A DNA stretch of 62,960 nucleotides, counting the filler, from Pelomyxa schiedti (lineage: Eukaryota > Protista > Evosea), in NCBI GenBank assembly GCA_020536535.1. It is 6 parts of 6 records of this genome, joined end to end, with 100 filler letters (N's around TTAATTAATTAA, not from the genome) between each part and the next. Parts side by side here need not be neighbours in the genome. Positions count along the whole stretch, not along the records: positions 1 to 25,660 come from JAHLWZ010000674.1; 5 more parts are not named here. The stretch is one strand, 5' to 3'. Numbering within the stretch: position 1 is the first letter of the stretch; every line of letters begins with the position of its first letter. The position numbers and the translations under genes are program-made. Below, piece by piece: positions 12,701-22,602 of this stretch. The notes under the pieces were generated by a model. That model searched no databases. It was not told the origin of the DNA and worked only from the letters and a program-made list of their open reading frames with translations.

Positions 12701-14440
12701 TTTTGGCGGATGGTGGGGAAATAGGAGTTGGAGGCACGGATTCTGTTAGCTCCTTAAATAGTGCTGTTGCCAATCTCTTCACACTTTGTAAAAGAGATTT
12801 CGGAGGCTCTGGTGGTGGTGGCGGTGGCGGCGGCGGCGGCGGTGGTGGTGGTGGTGGTGGTGTAGGTGTAGGTGGAGGTGGAGGATAAGATCTCTTTGTA
12901 TCCTTATCGCAATGTTATTTATTATGCACATAAAGAGAGACTCTTACAATGGCCCTCAACGGAGACAGCTTGTTATTTACAGTTTTGGTGTCAACACACT
13001 CATCAAGGAGGGCTTGAAAATCAACTTTAGGTTGTGGTGGAAGTGTTTGAACACGTGGTCGTACTTTTTGTCTGTAAACCAAAATTAATGAACAAAGGGG
13101 ACGATAAGACGTGTTCCCGTACTGTACTGAGGCCACAGAGGAAGCTGTGACTGGAGGTGCCACTGAGGGTAAGCTTGGAGTTGGTGGAGGTGGAGCATCA
13201 GGTGCTCTCTGTATGAAATATTCGAAAAAAAAAAAAAAAAGAAGCTCAGTGCATACTACAAACTCTTGGAAACGTGTTATCTTCGAAACAATTAACAGTA
13301 GTTTCGTTAGGTTGGACGCGGGTTGTAAAGTTTGCACTCTTTGCTGGATGAGTTTTCTCATCTACCAGTACTGTTAAACAAAAAAGGGATTGCATACAAC
13401 TGATCACCTCAGTTATAAGGTATTTCAATCTCCCTGTTTGAATTTCCTCTGCTGTGAAAGCAAGAAGTTTTTCAGTATATTCCCATATGAGTCGGTGCTC
13501 CTCAGCATTCGTATCTAGGAAAGGAATAAGGTAAACATAGGGAAAACCGATAATTACCATACGACGAAATCATGCAAGTATTGCAGAATTGTTGAAGTTC
13601 TGTTTTACATTCTTCCATCAATGAAATGAGGGCTGCTTGACTCCTGCGGAATATATAAGTACGCATTGTAATCAGGCAAGGTACTTTAGAGGATCTTGCA
13701 TAAACGAGGCGTGTGCTTCATCCATGCTCGCACTGTAGTAGCGTACTTTCTAAAGGAATGAGACTACTTGAAGAACAAAAGATGAGAGACCTGAAACGGG
13801 GTGGGGTTAGATGGAGAAAGCGGTTCAGGCCGAGGTAGATGGTGAGGTGTCTGTGTCACTTCATAGTTGTGGAATCCACCTGGGGCAATCCCAATTCCAG
13901 CTCGCGAATGTCTTCTTCCAGTTGTTGCTGCAATTAGGGGAGGCTGGTGCACCACAAGTGGTGGAATCTGCTGCTGCTGTTGCTGTTGTTGTTGGAGGTG
14001 TGCATACACAGTTGGTGCTCGTGCACCCGGAGTCACCATCATTTGGGCCGCCACGCCACTATAGGAAGGCGGGGCCGGGTGTGGCGCAGGCGTCCGTGGC
14101 GGTGGCGGCATCTGCGCCTGTGTCTGTGGGTAATAAAAATTGCTGGTTATAATCCCAGCACTGTCTTGACCCAGCTGAGATGGTGGGTGCACCAGAAGCT
14201 GTCGTGGCGGTGCCATCCCAACCTGAAACCATAAATTAACAAGGTGACATTCTAGAATTTTGAATAGAACAAAAAAAAAAAAAAAACAAGGGAAAAAAAA
14301 AAAACGCACTGGGTCAAGTACAACTGGAGAAACGGATGTTGTTTCGTCCAAATCTGGGGGCGGCGGACTGCTCTCTACATAGTAAATGAGAAACGAACAA
14401 CGGTCCGACATCTAATATCTATGCCTGTTTGATGGTGCAT
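9709..14440 (-). CDS. Greatwall/MASTL-Rim15-IRE family AGC kinase with N-terminal C2HC zinc finger
   Basis: [37 protein letters not shown], long insert between subdomains VII and VIII, then GTPDYLAPE and VDWWAVG; AGC tail FFNFSY; [16 protein letters not shown] finger near 12500-12570. The start at 14440 assumes a GC-AG first intron. Confidence 0.88.
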
Positions 14441-14607
14441 CGTCGCCTTGGTTTTTTTTTGTTCCTTTCTTCGGGAATCCCGAAGACGATTTTCGTTTGA
14501 AAAACAATCTTCCAGGAGATGACTTGGCATCCTGGCAACATAACTCCCCGGACAAACATAAAGTGCACGCGGCGGCGGGATAACCTTCATTCTAGATCAA
14601 CAAACCC

Positions 14608-15831
14608 ATGGCATTCATGTCATCATCTATCGGCTCGGAAATAAGAAGGTAAGCTTTTTCTATCGGATTCTGGTATGGTGAGGAGTCTGTTCGAAGGTTG
14701 CGGCGTGAGTACGTGATTGTTGAGGAAAAACGACGGGCATCTGAGGCACTGGCCAAGGAGTTGGAAGGTAGTCTTGTAACAAATCGAGCCACTCTCGACC
14801 AGCTTCAAGCAATTGGCACAGACGCCGTAAGGTACTTCTACTCCCCTCCCCAAAAAACCCTCACAGCAACAAAGGGCACACTCGAGGCAACAAGCCACAC
14901 ACCAGACGAGACACTTTCTCCAACAGTGGGTCGCAAACCAAATTGCAGAAGTGACAGCAAGGAACACAATACAAATGGAAAGGCTCCTTCTTGCTGAAAA
15001 AGCTTTGCGAGAAGAACGGTACTTCGCGCTATTGCTTGAGTGCTTAGCTCAGCAACTTGACAGTAGTCACTTCCTGGAGGAGTACTCTTCCTATATGCGA
15101 CTATGTGAGGAACAGAGCAGCCCATCCTGGTTAGAGGCAAGACAGCGTCAATCGGAGGTAGCACTACAATGCACTACGATTGAAGTGGCCACTCTTCAAG
15201 ACAATCTCCGGGCATTGCAATTAAGGTTTACATTCGGTTGCCATTGGCCGCACCACAAATACACCACCAGATTGGAGACTTCCAGAAATGCAGGTTCTAA
15301 ACACAAATCCATGCTGGAGGACTTGCACCTCCTGCAAGAAAAAATCTCTACAATTCACTTCCTGCATTGCAAATACAAGAAGAAGCTGGCCAAAACCACC
15401 AAACAAAAGGAGGACACACAACAAGAAATAGAGAGGTACTTCCATCCAATTACAGTTGAGCCAACTAACTCTAAACCCAGAATACAAAAGGTGTTGGACA
15501 CCGAAGTGCGAAATAAATACTCAACCACTTGTACATACACAAACCTGCNNNNNNNNNNNNNNNNNNNNNNNNNNNNNNNNNNNNNNNNNNNNNNNNNNNN
15601 NNNNNNNNNNNNNNNNNNNNNNNNNNNNNNNNNNNNNNNNNNNNNNNNATAGAGAGGTACTTCCATCCAATTACAGTTGAGCCAACTAACTCTAAACCCA
15701 GAATACAAAAGGTGTTGGACACCGAAGTGCGAAATAAATACTCAACCACTTGTACATACACAAACCTGCTAACGTAACTTACCCATATCGGATTCTATGA
15801 CCCCACCTTTGGTGAAAAGTCACCGCTCTGA
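14608..15831 (+). CDS. Uncharacterised coiled-coil protein (spans a scaffold gap)
   Basis: E/K/Q/L-rich heptad-like exons joined by GT-AG introns; predicted end DTE|SPL*. Its 3' end is duplicated at 1-183. Confidence 0.6.
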
Positions 15832-16106
15832 AGGATGAAAGGTCCTTTTTCATCATTTTCTGCTAAGAGCAGTTGGCGAAATGCACCTGCTTTGAAGCTC
15901 TCTTCGTTTGGGTACATCAAAACTGCGCTTTTCGGTGCACGTAAAGCCCCTTTGCCGTGCGAAACTTCGAAAACCGCCCAAAACAACACACCGTGCATTT
16001 CTCGTGCGGAATTTTTCCGTTTTGTTGGTTAATTTTCTGCTATAAGGTCCTTGTCTCACATCGGTTCACTTCTCTCCTCACAAAGGGAAAATAAACTCAA
16101 CAAAAA

Positions 16107-17522
16107 ATGCTCCCCACCAGCAACAACGATAACGATCCACCCACATGGCCTGACATCTGCGTCCCATCAGTGATATACTGGCGGAAACCAGAAACTGTAT
16201 TAATGCCTTTTCCTCCTTCCTTTCCCTGGGTCTCACCAAGGCCTCAGTTGACAATCAGGGTGAGAAGATCGTGGAGGACCGAGAGGCACATCGACTCGTG
16301 TGACTTCCTACACGCGGGCCTGCGGGCAAAATGTTGCCATCCCACAACTCTGCAAGGTCGGTGTCGGTTGTCTTGTGTGGTGGTGAAGTTCATCTATGTT
16401 CAGTGCATCTCCCGAAATAGACTAACATTTAGTAGAAATGAAATGTTTCAAGTGCTCCAAGGATGGAAGCCCTGTAAAATTAGTAGTCCAAAACCACCTG
16501 GCCCAGTACGACCCCCCTCGCGACTTAGAAAGTTATCTGTTCACAATAAAAACCACATGCACTTCCTCAAGGTATTCAATCCCCCAGGAGCAATTTTGGT
16601 TTTTTTTAGTATATCCTCACCCAACCATTACCCAGAAATCACCTTCATTCCACTGTTGTAATAGTGATTGATCTTCCAAAGCATAGTACCCCCATTAAAA
16701 CAAGTCCCCTTCAGCTGAGGGCAAGGGCAATCTCATGTAAGCTTCCTTTCCACCTTTGAAATTCAATTTATCTATGCAGCAAAACGAAAACCCCAAATGA
16801 GCAACATAGTTGAAGTCGAAGATGAAATGTCACCCTCAGGAACTCCTTCTCCCCCAAAACCAAAAAGCCCAAAAGCTACATCGAGCCCTGCACCAATCTC
16901 TTCCTGTACAAATTCATTCCCATATAAATCTCCATATGACCAGTACGAGGCGATTTTGTATCAAAGTAAGTTCGCTATCTTATACCTATTCACACCCTTA
17001 CATAAAAAGATTGGGAAGGCCTCCTAGCAGATAGACGACACTTTTCACGAGGTTGCTGCTAACAAAAAACTTAGTCATTTCTCAACCCCAACAGAGCTCA
17101 GTATTATTGTGAGATTACTCCGTTTCAGAATGGAATTGGGCGTGGCACTAGCAATAGCACTCCAAGCACAAGGAATACAGAACAGCCTTAAACTGCTCTG
17201 TCAAAAGTTCGTACTGTTGCACCACACCATATCACTGGACTCCGCATCGCAGCTGTGTATCCCCAGCAATGTTATTGATGCCAGAGGGTCCAGAGGTGGA
17301 GTTCCACCTGCTGCTACCAGTGCTTCCTCTGACCACAATTCCGGGCAGCAGTATGGATTCTGCCTTCTGGTGAGTACCTATCCAACAATCGAGGATGCAA
17401 GGTCTGGTGTGAAGTCCTATGAGGCATTTGTTCACAATGGGGGTCTGTTCAGGAACCTCCTAAACAAGGACCTGGAGGGTGAACAACTCCTCTCCTGTCT
17501 AGCTGTTGTACACAACTGGTAA
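16107..17522 (+). CDS. Putative Zn-binding beta-sandwich transcription factor (CxxC...CTSSRxH), with basic KRK patch, S/P linker and C-terminal alpha/beta domain
   Basis: Six GT-AG introns link ORFs 16107, 16438, 16797 and 17109 into one frame (...RARAIS|SKRKPQMSNIVEV...YQ|SLLADRRHFSR|ELSIIVRLLRF...HNW*). The function is inferred. Confidence 0.65.
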
Positions 17523-17558
17523 AAAAACCATTTATTTTAGCATCCACAATACCTGAAA

Positions 17559-18920
17559 TCAAATACTATTTTCTTTCATTGGTTCACACTGAAACCCCTC
17601 TTCCCCAGTTCTACACAAGTAGGTTAATGATGTTCCTTGGAGTGCCTCTTTCTTTGTGTGTGTGGCGTGAATGGCAAGTGTTTGACCAAGGGAGCCAACC
17701 ACCGGGTTGAGTTCAAATTTGTTTTTGAACTTGTCTCTCCACACATTCTCCCCCGTGATAGGTTTTTTATCATCTCTGGGTTTGATTTTGAAAGGGTGAC
17801 TTGTGCAAATGACTGCGGCTCCAAAGTCCTTGGCAGCCCTCTCCAATGCCTTTACTGTAGCAGTAATCCTGTTTGTTGGATCAGCCTCCGAGCAGTTCTG
17901 TGCGTAAAATGACGATATAGGGTCCACAACTATCAACCTCACTTGTGAAACTGCCTCGCCTCCATCGGCTTCGTTTGCAGAATCATTTGAGCAACAGGAG
18001 AATGCCGCCGGGCAGTCAGCCAAAGTCTGAACCGAGGCCAGTAGCTGCAACGAAGACCAGCACCTTACAAATTTTATCCTGGACATCACCCTAACAGCCT
18101 CCCGCGCCACCATTTCCTCCTCCCACTGTGCATAATCCACTTCGGCACTAGCTCCCATTCCAGCATCATTCCCGCCATATCCATTTGCATTTGCGCTTTC
18201 AGTTCCACCGGGATTCCCATTTGCGTTCGCATTTGCAGTTGCAGTTGCAGTTGCAGTTGCAGTTGCATCTGAATTTTGATTTGTTGCGCTTGCAGATATG
18301 CTGTCGTGTGACTCCAATGGCTGGGAGGCCGTGGCTTGCCGCGGCGTGGTCTTGCAGTAGGCCCTGAGCCGCGACCTCACGAGCGCGGCGAGCCTGTTGC
18401 CGCTCACGTGGCCGTCGCAGTCGAAGTAGACGGCGGCCGACTGGGCCCCGCCCGTGGGCACGCCGCCGAGGCACCGCGGCATGGCGCAGGTCACCGCCGC
18501 GTGCAGCGCCACCTCCGTGGTCCCGCTGGACGACGGCCCCGCCACCTCGACGAACTGCCCGGCCCGTATCCCGCCGGCGCCGCAGCCCCCGCCCCCAGAG
18601 AACCCCAGGTCCGCCACCGCCGCAGCGTCCATGTCCCTGTCCCCGCCGCTGGCCGGCCCCCCTCCCGCGCCGCCGGGTCGCCGCGGCGCCGAGAGGGGCG
18701 GGAGCTCCTGGTCCAGGAACGCGATGTCGGTGAGGAGCCCGGTCCCCTGCAGCCGCTCGAAGAGTGACCACGCCGTCTCGCCCTTGGGCCCCGCCGCAGC
18801 ACGAGGCGGAGGAGGAGGTGGCGGCAGTGGGAGAGGCCTCGCGGCGGCCGGGACTGTTGTGGTTGTTGTAGTCGCCGCTGCATCACGCAGCTGGGCGTCG
18901 TTGGACGCGTCCACCATCAT
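17559..18920 (-). CDS. XRCC2: XRCC2-like RAD51 paralogue, single exon
   Basis: ETAWSLFERL N-terminal motif, FVEVAGPSSSGTT (Walker A position), CAMP..LGG..GG, VYFDCDG, RCWSSLQLL, LIVVDPISSFY. Confidence 0.85.
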   Translation of the reverse strand: MMVDASNDAQLRDAAATTTTTTVPAAARPLPLPPPPPPPRAAAGPKGETAWSLFERLQGTGLLTDIAFLDQELPPLSAPRRPGGAGGGPASGGDRDMDAAAVADLGFSGGGGCGAGGIRAGQFVEVAGPSSSGTTEVALHAAVTCAMPRCLGGVPTGGAQSAAVYFDCDGHVSGNRLAALVRSRLRAYCKTTPRQATASQPLESHDSISASATNQNSDATATATATATANANANGNPGGTESANANGYGGNDAGMGASAEVDYAQWEEEMVAREAVRVMSRIKFVRCWSSLQLLASVQTLADCPAAFSCCSNDSANEADGGEAVSQVRLIVVDPISSFYAQNCSEADPTNRITATVKALERAAKDFGAAVICTSHPFKIKPRDDKKPITGENVWRDKFKNKFELNPVVGSLGQTLAIHATHTKKEALQGTSLTYLCRTGEEGFQCEPMKENSI

Positions 18921-18960
18921 CTTTGAATTTCATTTCCTTTTCCTTTTGCAAAAGAGAACA

Positions 18961-20718
18961 ATGCCCCTCTTCGCCCTCACGTACCACGTCGTGGACAACT
19001 ACGTCGAGAGGAGGCAGCCGTATCGCAACGAGCACCTGGGGCTGTGCCGCCTGTTCGAGGCCGGGGTGGTTCCCCCGGGTGAGAGAGGGGGCAGGGTGCC
19101 GACCACGATGGTTCTGGGCGGGGCGTTCGAGGACCTGTCGGACAGGCGGCGGGCGCCTGGGGCCCTGATAATATTCCGGGCGGGGGAGGCGGCGGACGTG
19201 AGGCAGTTTGTGGAGCGAGACCCTTACGTGGCGCACGGGCTCGTGGAGAGGTGGCGCGTGGCGCCCCTGGCCACGCCCCTGGTCGGTTGCCTCGTCTCGG
19301 CCGAGGACTCCGCGCCAGGGGGATCTGTTCCTAGCACTCTTAGCGACGCTGGAATTGTGGCTGAAAATGATAATGGGATTGGGATTGGGACTGGGACTGC
19401 GACTGGAATGGAGTGTATTCGTGTGGACAGAGACAGGACAAGTGCCGATTGCAGGAGAAGTGCTTGTGTTGGCGGAATTCCTTATGGTAATGAAAGTCCA
19501 CATAATGGCGCTCATGACAACAACTCACTTGAGTGAACAGAGAATGTCGACTCGGAGTTGAGGGATAAGGTCTTCTCCATGATACTGGGAGATATTTGTC
19601 AGTTCTTGTGGTTCAAGGACCTGACATCCGTGTCTCGTGTCTGCCGGGCTTGGAGGGCTATGTTTGGTGTTGGAACTCACACTGGAGAGGGCGCTGTCAC
19701 GTGGATAGCTGCACTGGTTCGGACTTCACCTTTTTTCCAAATACCACACCCCATGGTATGCGGTTCAAATATCTTTGAGCACTGCAAAACCTGCCATCTG
19801 TATAGAGAGCAGACGTGTTACAATCCAATGGAAATGCAGTGGCAGATGAAAATGATGTCGCGCCGGGATTCTATCGCTTCGTCTTCCAGAACTGCTTCTC
19901 AAGCAACTGGTACACATCGGGGGTGATCACATCAAGCACCCCACTGGCGCCCTTTCCCTCTCCGAGTTCACACCAGCTTTGCTATTACGAAGTAGAAATA
20001 AGATGTATTTCGGACTGTGCTGTGGGTATAGGATTTGGTATTGTCCCCTTTTTTTTTTCATGGCTTCTTGGTTGTTAACCCGCGAAAAGGTGTTCTAAAT
20101 GCAAACGAAGCAATGTTCAGGCACCCAGGGTGGGCATTTAAAACTAATGACAGTTATGGGTGTGTATGGGTGCTTGCCTTGGCGGTTTTGACCCCATTTC
20201 TAGGTATCATGGAGACCTTGGAAACATTTTCCACAACCACCCCACTGGAGTCTCTGGCTGGGGTCCTCTTTTCGGGCCGGGTGTGTATTAATAACACCGC
20301 AATATTATTATTTGGTTTCGTCTTACAAACAAGTTGCCAGGTGATGTGGTAGGTTGTGGCATTGACATGGCAAACAACACGATTTTCTACACCTTAAATG
20401 GCCAATTCCTTGGTGTTGCATTCCATGCACAAAGTTCCAAGCTTCTCCTTTTTGTTGCCTTGTATACGTGTGTATTCTGCTGCTTTCAAACAAAAGAAGT
20501 TGATAACAATCCATTCCAATCACTTTAGAGTGTCCGATATCGTGGCAATCAACATGGGTTTTTACAAACCGTTTCTGTACAATCTGGTTAATTATGAACG
20601 AGGTACAGAGACGAGATTTGTTTTTTTTTTTTTTTAGTTGTAATATTTCCCCCAGACTCTCAGTACCCTGTTGTTTGGACAACAGACCAGTGCACGGAAC
20701 ACAGTAAACCGTGGGTAA
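18961..20718 (+). CDS. YciI-domain / F-box / SPRY fusion protein (predicted)
   Basis: YciI: ERRQPYRNEHL...GALIIF...FVERDPYV. F-box: ILGDICQFLWFKDLTSVSRVCRAWR. SPRY: YYEVEI, HPGW..SYGYHGD, GDVVGCGID, FYTLNGQFLGVAF. The first two are joined by GT-AG intron 19487-19540. Confidence 0.72.
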
Positions 20719-20811
20719 CAAAGTCGTGACTTTTGGGATTTTTTGGAAATATTATCTTAACACAAACATCCCGTGCTTTTTTTGCAATAAAAAAAGTTTT
20801 GTTTGCCAACT

Positions 20812-22486
20812 TTATCCTTTTGGTTCTTTGTGGAAGAAATCAGTGATTTGTGTTGTTTGTGCAGGTGTTTGTCTTCTTTTTTTGGCCTGGCTTGGGTTGC
20901 TCTGTTCTGGTCCTTTTATGTTAGAAAAGTTAAGGATTTCAACACTGAATTGTTGTTGCTCTTGAGTAATGTGATATCTTTATGAAAGTGCCACCACAGG
21001 TCCTTTGGTGTTGTGAAAACCATGGGTCAGTGGGACCTGGCGGTCTGTTCATAGCTCTGTGCGAAAGTTATAAAGAAGGTCGAGATAATACATAAATTCC
21101 TTTTCACTATTCCAAAATGGGGTGGCTTCGTTCTGCAAGAACCCTGTGTGGGTCAGATTAACACTGTTAATTTGATTTATACATTGCACTGCCACCAATG
21201 GACCCGATAGTGGTCAACTTCGTCACTAAAGCTATGGTACACCGTGACGTGTGCGTTGCATGCAGCATTGACAGTCGCCATCCATGTCCTAAAATTCTAG
21301 CCCTATGAATGGTATTTTCCCAATTACTTGGACATACAGGACCATGGTCACCGTGATCTCGGTTGTTGTGGGTTACAAATACTACACGCACGTAAGAAAG
21401 AGCATGTTAAAAATAACGGCACACAGTAAGCATGTATCATCTCGTGCTACATACAGCCTCGATTTTTATCGAAGAATAATAATGTTGGAGAAATGCAAAC
21501 CAGAAGTGTATTCACAACATCAGAAGCCGGTCTGTACTTCAATAGAGGCTCGGAAAGCCGAATCTCGCATATGCCACCCTTTCTGTTATACTTGCACAAA
21601 CCTGCACATCTTTTTATGTATGAAGTCAGAGGTTGGCTTCCCGCAGCACTTGCACAAACAGAGTCATTTTTGAACTCCAAGAAACAGAAACAGCATCCAG
21701 TTTGGATCCAAATAAGCGCTGATTATAATCTACAAACAAAGCGAAGACATCTGGGTGAGGGCTGTCATCCCTAAACCAATCCGTTGGCTCACAACTCAAC
21801 GCCAGGAGTTCGTTTTGATGCTCCGTAACAACAAGTCTGCCAGCACTAGCACTAGCACTGGCACTCTCGCCCGCACAGTCGCCATTGCTATTGCTATCCA
21901 AATCACCACCTCGCTCCGCCGCCGCTGATCCTGCACTCTCAACCACATTCTGCACAGTCAATGACGGCGTGATTGGCTCACTTGCACCACTGCCGTCTTT
22001 CTCCTGGTTGGTCTGATCAGCAGGAGCAGGCTTTGGCTTGTCCTTTCCATTTCCATTTCCATTTCCATTTCCATTGCCGATGCCGCTGCTAATTCCAGTG
22101 CTATTGGCATTTACATGGACATTGGCATTGGCATTGACATTGACATTGGCCTTAACAATCCCAACGGCAGCGAAATTGACAAGAGCATCGGAATTGGAAC
22201 TGTTGCTGTCGCGAGCGACGACGAGCTTGTCCCCGCAGCGCCCCTCGCTCGCCTCCTCCTCGCCCACATCAGCAGGCTCGCCGGTCGGCATTATGGGCTC
22301 CCCCCCTCGCTCCAGAGACAGCGCGATGGCGAGCTCCAAGTCCGCGTCCAGCGACCTCAGCGGGGGCCTCTTGCGCACGACCACAGCCCCCGGGGGCGGG
22401 GCCTCGTCCCCGTTCTCTGCTGCTGCATCTGGTTGCCCTCCCCTTGGCTCACCGGCCGTGGGCGTCCTTGTTGTAGCAGTAGACAT
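20812..22486 (-). CDS. SPRTN: SPRTN/Spartan (DVC1) SprT metalloprotease with N-terminal UIM-like motif and C-terminal PIP-like motif
   Basis: PHPDVFALF, KMTLCAGLC, IRLSEPLLK, TLLHEMIHAYL (HExxH), DHGP, VYHSFSDEV, HWWQCNG, HQRTCGGTFIK|IKGPE; DADLELAIALSL; QITDFF. Confidence 0.92.
20920..20977 (-). other. 58-nt AT-AC (U12-type) intron in SPRTN
   Basis: Minus strand reads AAG|ATATCAC...TCCTTAACTTTTCTAAC|ATAAAAGGA. Removal restores CGGTFIK-IKGPE and the last exon; retention gives a stop. Confidence 0.8.
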
Positions 22487-22602
22487 CAACAATCAAATGC
22501 TTTTTTTTTCAAGTTTTTGGTGATTGGGTTTCTCTCTCTTACTGAGGAAATCTGTTGGTTTTGGTGGGTGGGTTGTAGGGGGAGGGTGATTGTGCCAATC
22601 AA

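Noticed and set aside
15428-15768. ~120-bp direct repeats flanking 100-N gaps (also 28880-29220)
   Set aside because: Exact overlaps on both sides of scaffold gaps are typical assembler artefacts.
19534-19536. TGA readthrough or selenocysteine, or an alternative genetic code
   Set aside because: A well-formed intron removes the stop, and all three stop codons terminate genes normally elsewhere in the window.
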